Shown here: piece by piece, positions 24,098 to 36,600 of the stretch
Position numbering within the stretch: position 1 is the stretch's first letter
Layout: each line of letters begins with the position of its first letter
NCBI GenBank assembly: GCA_000004985.1
Contig: GG738882.1
DNA: 64,000 nt
DNA from: Naegleria gruberi
Taxonomy: Eukaryota
Direction: 5' to 3' (one strand)
Notes under the pieces: model-generated
The model's input: only the letters and a program-made list of their open reading frames with translations
The model's database searches: none
What the model was told of the DNA's origin: nothing
Made by a program: the position numbers and the translations under genes

Positions 24098-25912
24098 ATG
24101 GAAGAAACAGTTCTAATCAATGGCAATAGAAAGGCCAACTCTTTATCCACTCCGTTTGCAAAGGGAAAATGTGTCTTCTTCACCTTTTCAGCTGTTGGAG
24201 TCTTGTTGTGTGTCATTAGTTCTTTGGTGTTAAATTCGATCATTTTCAACATGTTGAACGGATCAAATTCTCATCAAGTAATTTCCTATAATTCTACAGA
24301 GTTTCCTTCCCTGACTGTCCAACATGTAGCTTCTGAATTAATCAAAAAGGGACAACCTGTTGGTACTTGTTCTTATGATCTTGGTAAAGTTTGTCCAATT
24401 GAGTTGCGCAGAGTACTTGACTCTATTTTACAAACCTTGAAGACAACCCAATCCAATTCTGAATTGATTTCACATGTTAGCGATGTTTCCATGTCATTAT
24501 CAATTTTGATTCAACACATCAAACAAGGAAATTCTCAAAAGATTATTTTCAATGGAATTGTTTCAAACTTTCCAATAGTTTACTATTCTATTGAATCGGT
24601 TGACATTTTACAAGCAATTGGAGAGAAACCATTGGAAGTCAACGAAAGTTTCAAACTGATGGGTGCTAAAATTATTTACTACGAAGCAGATGATGATGAA
24701 GCAACCTCTAGAAGTGTTGTAACATTTGTTAGATCTAGTCCAACAAATGAGGGAACATTCCTTCATCAATTTAAAACAGTTCTCCTTACAATCAATCAAA
24801 ATCAGTTGAAATCTACCATTAATGTTGATAATTCAACTGTTGGATTCAATATTGACTCAAATTTGAAGGTTGATGATGAATTTAATGTGAAATATTTCAG
24901 TATTGGAATGACTGACAGTGATTCACCAGTAATTACACTTTATTTCAACTCTGTTTCAAAAGGATGCCAAGCATCTGTCATCTCTGTACAAAATAACAAG
25001 TTAAATACACTCAATTCTTTACAACAAGGTCCTACAAATGTTGGTTGTAATACTGGTTTGAAGAGTTTCACCTACGATTCGAATACCATTTTGATTTTAT
25101 CTGCATTTTCATTGGCTGCCATTACTGTTAACTCACAAAGTGGTGCTCTCACAACAAAATCTCTCAGATTTAGTTACACTTCTTATAGAGGTTTAGAATT
25201 TCAACGTAAAATTAGTATTAACTTTATTGGAAATGATATGAAACCTAAAAAGGGACAAGTAAGGTCTTCCAAATTCTTTATCATCTATTCCAATGAAGCA
25301 AATGGTTTCAGTCAAGTCATGCCAATAACATTTAACGGAAATGAGTTCGACACTGCAAGAATTATTCCATTCTCCAAATCAATGAAGAATATTCAAGGCA
25401 CATACTTTGATACCTCAAATATCAATTTAATTTTCCAACAAGATGATGAATACAAGTCCATGAAAGTCACCTTCACCAATGAAAAGGAACAATCAAGTGG
25501 AAATACCTATTTAATTGAAACTCCAATTGAGGGAATTGAATTATCTTTGAAATCTATTTCACCATTGGATTGGTTAATTAGAGCACCACCAACCAGTTTA
25601 TCAGACAACTTTATTATCTCTTTACTTGTCGATCCAAATAGTTTAGATTTCCAATTAGGTCAAATGTCTTCATTGAGTACAGTTAATTTTATTGGATTAG
25701 CTCTTCAAGATGCCAAGTCAGGAGATAAATTGCATATTATGAGTGAGGGATTGACACCATTAGGAACCTTTGATAATGATCAACTCATTCCAGGAATGGA
25801 ATATTATGTTTCGGGTTCAAATGGTATTTCTCTTGAACCTTCCTCTTCTAGTGAATTAAAGGTTGGAAAGGCAATTTCATCCAGTCAATTAATCATTTAC
25901 AAACGCTCTTAG
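24098..25912 (+). CDS. Type-II/signal-anchor membrane protein with a large extracytoplasmic domain, unknown function
   Basis: A single 604-aa ORF. The N-terminus carries a hydrophobic segment (VFFTFSAVGVLLCVISSLVLNSIIF) followed by N-glycosylation-type N-x-S/T sites. I recognise no known motifs. Confidence 0.5.
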   Translation: MEETVLINGNRKANSLSTPFAKGKCVFFTFSAVGVLLCVISSLVLNSIIFNMLNGSNSHQVISYNSTEFPSLTVQHVASELIKKGQPVGTCSYDLGKVCPIELRRVLDSILQTLKTTQSNSELISHVSDVSMSLSILIQHIKQGNSQKIIFNGIVSNFPIVYYSIESVDILQAIGEKPLEVNESFKLMGAKIIYYEADDDEATSRSVVTFVRSSPTNEGTFLHQFKTVLLTINQNQLKSTINVDNSTVGFNIDSNLKVDDEFNVKYFSIGMTDSDSPVITLYFNSVSKGCQASVISVQNNKLNTLNSLQQGPTNVGCNTGLKSFTYDSNTILILSAFSLAAITVNSQSGALTTKSLRFSYTSYRGLEFQRKISINFIGNDMKPKKGQVRSSKFFIIYSNEANGFSQVMPITFNGNEFDTARIIPFSKSMKNIQGTYFDTSNINLIFQQDDEYKSMKVTFTNEKEQSSGNTYLIETPIEGIELSLKSISPLDWLIRAPPTSLSDNFIISLLVDPNSLDFQLGQMSSLSTVNFIGLALQDAKSGDKLHIMSEGLTPLGTFDNDQLIPGMEYYVSGSNGISLEPSSSSELKVGKAISSSQLIIYKRS

Positions 25913-25986
25913 TAATAATAACAAAATAAACAATTCAAATTCAAGCAAGAATTTCAATATTGTAAAATATTAAAAAATCAAAAAAA

Positions 25987-26812
25987 ATGCAAACACAGCG
26001 ATCATCACTCACCAACTCGTCATCATCGGCGATTGATCATCATGATGGAAATTCTCGTAGTACTACCACGGAAAAAAATCAATGTATGGAAGAGTTAAAA
26101 GTTGTTGATATCTATGATTATACTTTTATAAAGTGGACAAAGAAGAATCCACAAGTAGAGAAGGATAAATCTGTTCCTGAAAGATTGAAAAGATTGGAAA
26201 ATAATTATCTTACGCACGGAATGAAGAGAACAGTGGAGGCAGCTATTGCTGTTAATATACATGGTCATCCTCATATTATGTTATTGAGGATAGGAAATAG
26301 TCAAAAAGGTTTTCATAAATTGCCTGGAGGAAGATGTAGAAGAGATGAAACTGAAGAAGAATGTTTGAAGAGAAAATTAACTAAAAGACTTGCACCAGAA
26401 GATCCGAACGAAATAATGCCAGAATGGATAGTTCATGGAGTTGTTTCTGTTTGGTATAGACCTAATTTTGAAAATTCATTTGTATGTTATTGTAATAATT
26501 TGAAATTAAATCCCAATTTTCATTCACTTGTTATAGTATCCATATTTACCAGCCCACATAACAAAACCTAAAGAAAGAAAATTAATTTATCTAGTCACTA
26601 TTCCAGAATGTAAGTCAATCATGAAAATTTATCGAAAAATTAACTAATTCTCAATGTTAATAGGTACCATAGCATACCCAAGAAATTACGATTTTATTCC
26701 AATGCCATTCTTTGATCTTTATGAAAACTCTAAGAAATTTGGATCTATCATTAGTAGTTTGCCTCAAGTAATAAGCAAATTTGAGTTTAATTACATCTAT
26801 AAAGAGAAATAA
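25987..26812 (+). CDS. NUDT21: Cleavage factor Im 25 kDa subunit (CPSF5/NUDT21) homolog; 3 exons: 25987..26481, 26537..26609, 26664..26812
   Basis: The protein reads YLTHGMKRTVEAAIAVNIHGHPHIMLL..FHKLPGG..WYRPNFEN | YPYLPAHITKPKERKLIYLVTIPE | CTIAYPRNYDFIPMPFFDLYENSKKFGSIISSLPQVISKFEFNYI, matching NUDT21 along its length. Introns of 55 and 54 nt have GTATGT/GTAAGT donors. Confidence 0.8.
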
Positions 26813-26824
26813 TTTATTACACAC

Positions 26825-28366
26825 TTAGTACTTTTTCTTTCCAAAGAGATTGGAAATGTAGAATTTTGTTCCTTCTTCATCTTCAGGTGGCACTTGTGTA
26901 TCATCTTCTTTGTAAATCTTAATTGACTTATCGGCACAACCTGTAATTAATCTCGATCCACTTCTATCAAATTTACATGACAATACTGCTGATTCAGAAT
27001 CAAGAGAACCAGCTTGAGGAATATTCTTAGTTCTACTAAAATGGTGACCGGTCTTCCAATCCCAGAAATCGAGGTGACCATTATCATCTGCACAAACCAT
27101 TACACCATCACTATTTACATCCATAGAGTGAACAATAACATCCTCCTCATTACCCTCATAGGAGAGCATAAATTTACCTTCTGGACATTTCCATTTTCTT
27201 ACACTATCTGGGGAAGCACTTGCAAATGTATATTCTGTTGGGTGAAGTGCAAGACTTCTTACTGATTTCTTGTGGTGTGTCAGTGTGGTACGAGTAGTTC
27301 CCTTCTTTAAATCCCACAATCTAATTGTTGCATCACTGGAACCAGTTATTATTTGTGGTTCATGTTCTTGCCCAAGAATTGAAGTTACTGTATTATTGTG
27401 TCCAGTTAAAAGGAATATTTCTCTAGTTGTTCTGATATCCCAGATACGGCAACTGCTGTCTCTTCCTCCTGTTGCCAAAATATCCAATGATGGGTGCAAT
27501 GCACAGCTGTAAATACCACTCAAGTGACCTCTATATTGTCTAATACATTTGTTTGTTTCCAAATCCCAACATTTAACACTCTTATCTTCTCCTACAGAAA
27601 ATAAATAAGGTGATCTTGCTGAAACAGCCAAACCTCTAACAGTAGATGCATGACCAGATAATGTTAATTTCAATTCACCTGATGCTAAATCAAATATTTT
27701 GATAGTTCTATCATTAGATCCTGTCACAAACCATTCATTACTAACATCCACAGCAAGAGTTCTAACCCAACCATGATGGCCAGTAATGACCTTGGTGAGC
27801 TTCCAGTTTGGATGCCACTGAGGTTTTTGTTCAATTTCTTTTCTTCTTCGTTTTTCTTGTAAAATTAATGACTTGGTAAGTTCGTCCTTTCCTTCAAGTG
27901 AATAATATGGATTATCAAAAGCAACAACTGCTGTTTGTGAATCCTCAACTCGTTGACTTTGATTCATAATTGTATTATTTAATGTACTAATTTGACGTTC
28001 ATTACTATCGTCGTATAATTGGAGTGCCCTAGATGATGAATTATCGGATGTTGAATTATTAGAAACTTGTTCATGTTTTCTCTTGTTTAAAAGTGTTTGC
28101 TCCTTTTGAGGTTCCAAAGTCTTGATAACCTTGTTAATTTTCCTACTCAATAAATTATTTGATTGATGATCAGTCCTTTTAGAAGTACAGAAATTATACA
28201 TTCTCATCCTAATTGACATTGGATCAACTGTAGGATATAAAGAATCCACTATCGATGAATCATAATTTCCAAATAATTTCTGTGCTTGCTCCGATCGAAG
28301 ATTAATCCTAGCCTGGAGCGCCTTCAGTGTTCCTTCCTCTTTACCATCACGATCATTAATAGACAT
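26825..28366 (-). CDS. PLRG1: Pleiotropic regulator 1 (PLRG1/Prp46/PRL1) WD40 spliceosome protein
   Basis: A 513-aa ORF with seven WD repeats. The [36 protein letters not shown]...[14 protein letters not shown] block is typical of PLRG1. Confidence 0.8.
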   Translation of the reverse strand: MSINDRDGKEEGTLKALQARINLRSEQAQKLFGNYDSSIVDSLYPTVDPMSIRMRMYNFCTSKRTDHQSNNLLSRKINKVIKTLEPQKEQTLLNKRKHEQVSNNSTSDNSSSRALQLYDDSNERQISTLNNTIMNQSQRVEDSQTAVVAFDNPYYSLEGKDELTKSLILQEKRRRKEIEQKPQWHPNWKLTKVITGHHGWVRTLAVDVSNEWFVTGSNDRTIKIFDLASGELKLTLSGHASTVRGLAVSARSPYLFSVGEDKSVKCWDLETNKCIRQYRGHLSGIYSCALHPSLDILATGGRDSSCRIWDIRTTREIFLLTGHNNTVTSILGQEHEPQIITGSSDATIRLWDLKKGTTRTTLTHHKKSVRSLALHPTEYTFASASPDSVRKWKCPEGKFMLSYEGNEEDVIVHSMDVNSDGVMVCADDNGHLDFWDWKTGHHFSRTKNIPQAGSLDSESAVLSCKFDRSGSRLITGCADKSIKIYKEDDTQVPPEDEEGTKFYISNLFGKKKY

Positions 28367-28584
28367 TTTTTAAATTTTTATTTTTGTATTATTTAATATT
28401 TTATAATTATTGAAGGTGCAGAGAAAGTTTGTTGTTCACTACATATTCTTCTTCAAATAGGAAAAGTAACAAGAGCAAACAAGGAGAGTAAAATTCTCTA
28501 CCGTTCACAAAGGCACTTTTGGGAATAAATTAAGTCGTGTTGAAGTTGTTGTTGTAGTGGATGTTGAATAGCAGCAGCAGTCAT

Positions 28585-29122
28585 TTACTTGGATCTAGAG
28601 GAATTATTCTTGTTAGGAGAGGTTGAGGATGATGATTTCTTATTTTGGTTTGTGGATGATGGTCTTTGAATTGTTCTTGGAGTTGGTGGTGGATTTGGAG
28701 TATTAGTTGAAGTCGACGGTGGTTTTTTCTGTTGCTGTTGTCGTTGTTGTTTTAGCTTCTTTCTGAAGACTTCATCTGCGGAGAGGATTTGTTTTTTCCT
28801 AGCTTCTCTCTGCTCTAGATCCTTATTGGCAATGATAAAACTTTGTTTTAATCTTTCTTTCCGTATTGTTTTCTTGTCCTTCTTTTGTTTTATCTGTTGT
28901 TTGATGTGATTCTATTGTTTCAATAAATTATTTGTGAATAAGCAAAACTATGAAATCAAAGTATCAAATACTAACCATCTTAGCTATCTTTTGTACTTTT
29001 TCAGTATTTCTCTTCTCTAAAATCCTATCGGCAATTTCCGATGCCTTATCCTTCTTCTCCTCTCTTGTTGTCTTGCTCTCATTATTTGATGAGTAGGATT
29101 TCTTTGATGATGGCTTCGTCAT
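28585..29122 (-). CDS. Small basic K/R/Q-rich coiled-coil protein (about 155 aa), unknown function; exons 28976..29122 and 28585..28911
   Basis: Below the track's length cut-off. The protein starts MTKPSSKKSYSS...KIAKM, then a 64-nt GTTAGT..AATAG intron, then NHIKQQIKQKKDKKTIRKERLKQ...SRSK*. Coding potential is plausible but I recognise no homolog. Confidence 0.4.
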
Positions 29123-29246
29123 TTTTTTAGAAGATAAATAAAATCAAGAGCAGTTACAAAAAAATTGTTACTCAACTTGTTGAATTCAACAATAAACAAC
29201 AAGAAAATTTGGCCAATGTGGTACAAGTGAAATAAATTGTTTTTTT

Positions 29247-31793
29247 TTATTCACTGAGGACTTTGCAAGCCTCTTCCATTTCTTTCAACTCTGAAATGTA
29301 GGCCTTACTTTTTTCTTCCCAGTCCTTTAATGTTGCGTCTTCGACAATATCCAAATCAAAATCTCCTAAACCTGGAGTATTAAATCGATAGTAGTAAATA
29401 TCTCTTGTTTCTTTCATTAATTCCACTTGTGTTAACATTTGCTTGTGTTGTTTTTCTGAACTTAGTTGCAAATCAACGAGTCCATAAATTTGTGCCAGAT
29501 TCTTCTTTACATTTCCTAAAATACCTGTCGATTGTTTTGGCTTATTCTTTGGACTTGAATCATTGACGAAATTCAATTCTTCTTCCATTGATGCTTGAGG
29601 AGTTGTTGCATTCTCTTGACTTTTCTTTAAACCTGTACCAATAGATACAAAGATGAATTTCGAATGGTCCGGCCATATCTGCTTGGCTTCGAATGCCGAT
29701 ACTACAGAAGGATTATTATTTACACAAGCACCATCAACGAAAGCTCTCTCACCCATATTCATTTCCTTAAAATATAATGGAGCTGCTGATGTACATCTGA
29801 GAGCTTTGTAATCATGAATGAAATTTCCGTGAATTGTTCCAAGGTAAAAATCTGGATGTTTCCTCTTATTGTCTGGGAATCTCCAAGGATCTGAATAGGA
29901 TCTAAATATGAAAGGTGTAGATTCAGCATGCATTAACAAGTCATTATAAAATTCTTGTTCAACACCTTCCACAGGATTATTGGTATGAGTTCTCATAACG
30001 ACTTTCTTAGTATCTTCACTCAAAGGTGTGAGTGTTGATAGGGCAAACCACATTGGTATTCTATCTGGGCTATTATTAATGTATTTTGTACCCACAAACT
30101 TTTTGAAAAACATTTCCAATTGCTTTTCATCATACCATGCCTTTCCCTTCATGGTCATAAGAGTTTTTGTTACACTAATATTTCCTTCCATTTTGAAAAT
30201 TTGTTTTCCGAGTTGATGATAAATCTTTTTACATTCCTCACAAGTTAACCCAATTTGGAAAAGTTTGGCAAGAATTGCACCTGTCGAAGTACCACAAATC
30301 AAATCAAATATTTCACACATTTTCTTTTGCAATCTCTTTTCCATTTCCTCACAAATTGAAATCAAATTCAATCCTTTGATACCACCTCCATCCAAAATTA
30401 GAACATTAATTGCTTTGTCTTTTGGTTTAAGTGATCGGATTTGGTTATAGTCAGTTAAAGGTGGCTTTGTAATATGGTATGAAATGAATGGATTGTTTTT
30501 CAAAAATACAGGCTCTGGTATACAACCCACAGAATTTTCATTAATGATATAAGATGACAATTTCATAATAGGATCTAATTCTAATTGATAGTAGTGATTA
30601 AACCAACACTTTCTATCCAAGTTCTTCAAAAATACATAATCAAAAGGATATGTATCCTTAAAATCTGGAATTACTTCCAAAATGTTGGACAAAATCAAGT
30701 GTAACTGCTTGTATGAAACTATGAGCAGTGAGTCAGATTTCCAATTCTTCTCTTTTTTTAACTTTTTAAAAACATCTTTCGGAACCGTATATTTAAAAAG
30801 TGGGATTTCCCATTCTGGCATTTCATCAATATCGATATATTTCTTCTTCTTAGTTTGCTCTTCTTTTTCTTTCTGCAGCTCTGCATCACTGTAATCCCCA
30901 CCTAAATATTTACTTCTATAGTAATAATATACATTCCAAAACTCTTCAATTGAGGGTATTATTGTTGGGAATTCTTTAAAAATCTTTTTTGATCCTAAAA
31001 GTGAAAATATATCCATTACGAATCGTATACTATTGATAGATATTAAATCAAAATATCGAGATGAATTATATTGTGACACCACTCGCACAATTCCTTCTAT
31101 CATTACCTTGGTAGTGAGTTTTCTATCGACAGGAATTTTAAATCTCTTAGATGCTAAACTGGATTTGGACTCATGTGCAGAGGATGCAGTTTTTTCAATG
31201 AGATAAACCAATGAATCCTCAAAGAAGCATAATACTAGACCAAATATTCTCACAGCAAATCTTACATGTGAAAAGTAATCAGTTTTTAAATTGGTTACTT
31301 CTGTTATTTTGATGAGATCATCATGATCTGCCAATCTCACTGATGCACGTTTAAAATTGCCACTGTTCAAGGAGACAGACAATCTATTATCTTGATAATT
31401 CAAATTTGATGAAGAGGTAATAACTTCATCTGATAACACTTCAGGAATTGGCCTTGCTGGTAGTACTATTTTCCAATTATCAAAATCATCAACATCTAAC
31501 AGTATCAGTTCTAAATCGATAAATTGCTCCGACGAGACATCATCTGTGCAATTCAACAGGTGTGTTTTCACATCGGAGAGAAAGAATTTTGCAAAGTTGG
31601 AATAGTAATAATCGTTATTTTCAACAACTTCAAAATCGTGATCGTCCCCTTCACTAATTCTTGTCTGTAGATTATTTAATTTGTTCATCCACTTCCTCAT
31701 TACAATACTCTTCGAAACCTTTTCATAGATGGTTTCATAATCACTGAGTCCAACACTGGCAAGTGAAGATGACTGAGAACCGCTCTTGAACAT
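29247..31793 (-). CDS. Patatin-like phospholipase (iPLA2-like), 848 aa
   Basis: The patatin domain has ILDGGGIKGL (oxyanion GGGxK/RG), the GTSTG nucleophile elbow (GxSxG) and the DGACVNNNP Asp dyad. Confidence 0.8.
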   Translation of the reverse strand: MFKSGSQSSSLASVGLSDYETIYEKVSKSIVMRKWMNKLNNLQTRISEGDDHDFEVVENNDYYYSNFAKFFLSDVKTHLLNCTDDVSSEQFIDLELILLDVDDFDNWKIVLPARPIPEVLSDEVITSSSNLNYQDNRLSVSLNSGNFKRASVRLADHDDLIKITEVTNLKTDYFSHVRFAVRIFGLVLCFFEDSLVYLIEKTASSAHESKSSLASKRFKIPVDRKLTTKVMIEGIVRVVSQYNSSRYFDLISINSIRFVMDIFSLLGSKKIFKEFPTIIPSIEEFWNVYYYYRSKYLGGDYSDAELQKEKEEQTKKKKYIDIDEMPEWEIPLFKYTVPKDVFKKLKKEKNWKSDSLLIVSYKQLHLILSNILEVIPDFKDTYPFDYVFLKNLDRKCWFNHYYQLELDPIMKLSSYIINENSVGCIPEPVFLKNNPFISYHITKPPLTDYNQIRSLKPKDKAINVLILDGGGIKGLNLISICEEMEKRLQKKMCEIFDLICGTSTGAILAKLFQIGLTCEECKKIYHQLGKQIFKMEGNISVTKTLMTMKGKAWYDEKQLEMFFKKFVGTKYINNSPDRIPMWFALSTLTPLSEDTKKVVMRTHTNNPVEGVEQEFYNDLLMHAESTPFIFRSYSDPWRFPDNKRKHPDFYLGTIHGNFIHDYKALRCTSAAPLYFKEMNMGERAFVDGACVNNNPSVVSAFEAKQIWPDHSKFIFVSIGTGLKKSQENATTPQASMEEELNFVNDSSPKNKPKQSTGILGNVKKNLAQIYGLVDLQLSSEKQHKQMLTQVELMKETRDIYYYRFNTPGLGDFDLDIVEDATLKDWEEKSKAYISELKEMEEACKVLSE

Positions 31794-32172
31794 ATTGAAA
31801 ATATGGGAAATATGTGAAGATTATTGTTTGATTACTATCAATTGTTTCCAAGAAAGAGAATTGGAAAAGACTAGTTGGAGAAGAGAGGTTGTTTTTTTTA
31901 CTGTGTTGTTATTTTCTGTCCTTTCCAGCAATGTGAGGATGAAATAGAAGGTTGCACAAATAAGTGTGTAGCACTCAATAATTGGTGAAACAGTGAAAAT
32001 TCAACAAACCTTCCGAACAATTTCCTCAATCAACCATTTCATTGTGTATTATTATATTAATAAGGCAGAAATGTTTCAATGTCTCTATTATTTCCATTTG
32101 TGCCTCTTTTCAAAAAGCAATAAAGTGTTTCATCACTACATTACACTATGGAAATCAAATTCAAAAAATGGA

Positions 32173-33231
32173 ACAGAAATGTGATCCACTTTCTTTGTTA
32201 CCTATTGAATTGGCGAGAGAAATTGCATGCTTTCTGGGTGATGAGGATTTGTATTTTAATATTACATTTGTTTGTGAGTATTGGAGGCAGGAAATTGCAT
32301 TTCCGATCATTGCAGAATGCTATAGGAATTTGATGATGGAAATTAATGGTGAAATGGAGGAGAATTTGAGTAGTTTTAATTGTTTGTTTACAACAAAATA
32401 TGGCAGAAGATTTCTCAGATTTAAATTGAAAAGTTTAGTGTTTGAATATTCTCGGAATATATTTCAATATTTGATAATTAACGATGAGAAAATGATTTGT
32501 GATGTAGACGAATGGTTAGGAATGGAGAGTTTTCAGAAACTAGTTCAATGTTTTTCTAGGAGTTTTCATTCAGAACCAAGAAATGAAACAATTCTGTCCA
32601 ACTTATTAGAAAGAATTGAACGATTATTCAGTCCTTCTATCACAATTTTCATAACAAAAGATGACACTTCTTGCGACAATTCAGAGAAGGACAGTCAGAT
32701 GTTGGAAAATCCTCTTTTATTCAATGTGTTAGAGGTAATCCTGTTTCAATGCTCAATGATGATCGAACAATGTCTCCAAATTTTTCAATCAAGGAATACT
32801 ATCTGAAAGATGTATTCAAGGCACAAGTTCAATTATTTGATACGCCCAATCCTCAAGTTTACACTCGAATACCACACATGTTCTTTAGGAATTCTTCAGT
32901 ATTGCTCCTAATATTTGATGTAACTTTGAAATCTTCATTTGAGAGGATTTCTCAAATCTCAAAAAATTATGTGGAGCAATTAAGAGAGAAAAATGAGCAC
33001 CCTGAAATTATGATAATTGGAACGAAAACAGATCTTGATGAATCTTTGAGAGTTGTTTCATATAATGAAGCATTAGGATTGGCCTTTAAACAATTCGATG
33101 GTTCGCTCTATTTTGAACTATCCAACACAGATATCAAACAACCAATTTCAGTTATATGGTATTGTTTAATTCAGAGATATTTATTGCAACAGAGCTTGGT
33201 ACACATCCAAACAGATCCAACCAGACTCTAA
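32173..33231 (+). CDS. F-box-like N-terminal domain fused to a degenerate Ras/Rab-like GTPase domain; internal junction unresolved
   Basis: The N-terminus LSLLPIELAREIACFLGDEDLYF is F-box-like. The C-terminal frame (from about 32662) has a P-loop GQSDVGKSSFIQ and degenerate G3/G4 motifs LFDTPN and GTKTDL. The two parts are in different frames with no clean GT..AG intron. The 186-aa track ORF starts at TTG. Confidence 0.45.
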
Positions 33232-33681
33232 AATTGTTAACATTAAAACTATAAACCTTAAAACAACCGATTTGTTCCTTTGTTACCTTATGTCACATGT
33301 CAACTCCTCAATAATTTTCGAAATCCGTTCCGAGTCAGTAACAGAACGGTGTCGTTCAAGCTGTCCATCATCTTTAAAAAAACATCACAGTCACCAAAGT
33401 TGATTTCAAAGCAGCAAAACTCGCATTTTTGGCGCTGAGAACAACTTCAAACCATCATCACAAAAAGAGGCCAAATAAATCTCTCGAGAGCCTTTGTGGT
33501 TGTCCTATCGATATAATTGTTATTGAAAAACATCATCATCAAGAAGAGGTGTGTTGGACTGAAGAAAATTTTCACCTCCACCATCACTCCATCATCATTT
33601 GGTGTACAAATACATAGCAACAACAACAACATTTTAATTTATTAATTTATTAGTAGTAGTTTATAATAGATTGTGGATAAT

Positions 33682-36600
33682 ATGAGACAGTCCTCCGATA
33701 TTACGATAGAACAAACTGTATCTCCACTTTCGGGTGATGAATTATCTATTGATACCAATGCCAACAATGTGGTATCTTCTATGGTATCATCTCCTATTGT
33801 GTCTGATCATACCATCATGACAAGAGAAGAGATGGCAAGAAGAAGCAAAAAGTTACAAATACTATCACTTTTATGTGATAATAGTTCTAGATTTGATATT
33901 TCCTATCATGCAGAGAAACAACTAAAGGTAAGCAAATTAATTTAATTATTGGATTTACATCATCATCAATTAAAAATTAGGCTCTAGAATCGATTCTTCA
34001 AAGTATCATAACGGAGAAGTGTGAGGGCGAATGGTTGGAATTAGGATTGTATCCTTGTCTTTTTCAATATTTATGTAGTGCTAACAAAGTTAGTTTAGAG
34101 ACAATCAATCTTGTCAAGAAGGTTGTCATGTGTACAAATTTGACAGAACCACAAAACTTTTCATTATTTATGGATGTGTTTAACGATTTTGTGTATGAGG
34201 AACAAAATATAACAAATTTGTTATATTTACTTTATAGAATTCTCTTCCAAAAGGAAGATACTATTATGCAGGTTTGTTATCAACTTTTTTTGTTTTTTAA
34301 TTGAATGTGAAATAGTTGTTTGTCAATAGATCTGGTGGAAACTTTTTATTAGACATTTACAGAAAGAGACTTGTAAAAAACACGGAAACAACTTCAAAGT
34401 ATAGTCATGCCAGAAAGCCAATGGTAAAACAAAATGTCACTCAACATTTTATTAAATCTCCTCGACCAGTTGCTCCAACTCCAAGAAAGAGTGCATCTAC
34501 TTCTCTTATCAAACCACCAAAATTATATACAGCTTCATTTAATAATAGTATTAATGCAGAGATTGAAAAGAATATTAAGAATAGAAAATCAACAACAGAT
34601 TTTGGATCAATTTTTACATCACCTACAACTAGCGACAGTAATTTGATTAATCATACTCCAGGTACAGAAAGAAATACTTCTCCATCAAACATTCAAGAAG
34701 AAAAAAGTTCTCCTAGTATGACCCCTAGGGACTCCTCAATGATGTTTAAAGTACCACCACTTAAATTACCATCAAAGAGTCAGACAAATGCATCAGCAAC
34801 AAGAATTCGAAGAAGATTGGATCCTAATTTGGTCAACTTGGAAGGATTGAGACTTAGTATTGATACACTCCGTACTCAGTCAAACAATGGCAATAGTATT
34901 GAAAATGTACAGGAATTGAAGCCAAAATCAAGTGTTGAGCATTTTGATTCATTAGCTGTAAAGCTTGGTGAATTATATATTGCCAACGATCTTACCTATT
35001 TGATCCCTATTAAGAGAGATCTCGATATGCAACTTTCCCCAGATGAAACTAAACTAGAAACTGACATTCAACAAGTTTCACTTGTAACCCATGTCGAAGA
35101 TTCAACGTCACTTGAAGAAATGATATTTTCCAAGCTGTCTAATGACATTTCCGTTCACAGACATTTCATTTTGAAAATGTTACAGGCTGTATCTAAATTC
35201 CAAATTATTAGACAATTTGCTAGAAATCCTGTAAATATGTTCATGCATGATTTGAGTTGTCTTAGTTACAAGATTAATTTATTGGAAAATGAAAAGTTTA
35301 TCAATAGTGTTGAAAAGAATAATATTTCAATAATTTATGATATTCTTTCACAATACGCTGCTGATGTGGAAGCTAAATACTTTAGACTTTGGAGAATGAA
35401 TAACTCTAATAAGAGTTCTGATCCAACTAGAGATAGAACATTGAAAAAGTTCGATATTTTCTTGTGGAGATGGACTGGTATTGCCGAGCAAAGTATTGAA
35501 AATGATGACTGGGAAGAAGTACACTACCAATTACAGACACTCTCTAAATACCTTTATTCATGTGTGTCAAGAGTTCAAGCCTCTCAATGCACAGCTGTTT
35601 GCTTGGAAACTCTCCTGAAAGTTCAGGTTGCTTGTCGTAGAAAGAGCAGAGATTTCCAAGGCTCTTATAATTTTAGAGATTTGATCGAGAAATATCCAAT
35701 CATGCTTAACATTGTACATTTATTACTCGAAATTTTCGATTTTATTTGTGGTAGTCCTGAAAGACATCCTTTGTTGATGGAATTCTTCTACTTTAATTTG
35801 ATTGAGAATTTGGAGACTTTCTCTTGGTTGAGAGAATATGCCATCTTTACTCTTAGGGAGGAAGTTCATTCTAATGTAAATACCAAATCATTCCCAATTA
35901 CTCTTGAGGATAGAAGGGTAAGAGTATTGAAACACTACCAAGTTCTTATGGACTTGTTCCAAGACTTGGGAGAGGAATTTTTCTCAAAGAAGGAAGAAAA
36001 TACCCACAGCGTAAAGCAAAAGAATTTGTTGAATTATATGATGATGAACGAAACCAGTGGTGTATCTAATGGCTCTATGAATTCAAGTAGAAATGGAGAA
36101 GAAACTTTCAACATTGAAGACGATAGTGGTGTCATGAAACAATTTGACTTTTTAGTTAACCCAGTTGATGGCTTAGTTTTGGGATTCCTGACAAAGGGTC
36201 CTATCACTGAAAATTATACAGTCAAAAAACAAATGTTAACTCTTCTGGAAAAGATGTTCAGGTTGCCATATCTTCCATTTTTAAGAATCGAGTCCTATGT
36301 TAATACCTACATTAGATATCACTATTTGAATTTTGTCAAACTCTATATTGATCCAAGTATTGATCCTATTACTTTGGAAGCCTGTAAATTACACATTAGC
36401 GTCTTGATTGCATTTTCAATGAATAAGACACCTCAAATCGTCAACAGATTTTTCACTATGAAAGTTGTACGATTTTTGGCAAGAGAAATCAACTTGGAAC
36501 ACAAAATTCATGAAAAGAGACATCAAAACCAACAGAAAATTGATGCTAATGCCAAAATTAACATTAATTACGACTATAATAATGAGCATACAGATACTTA

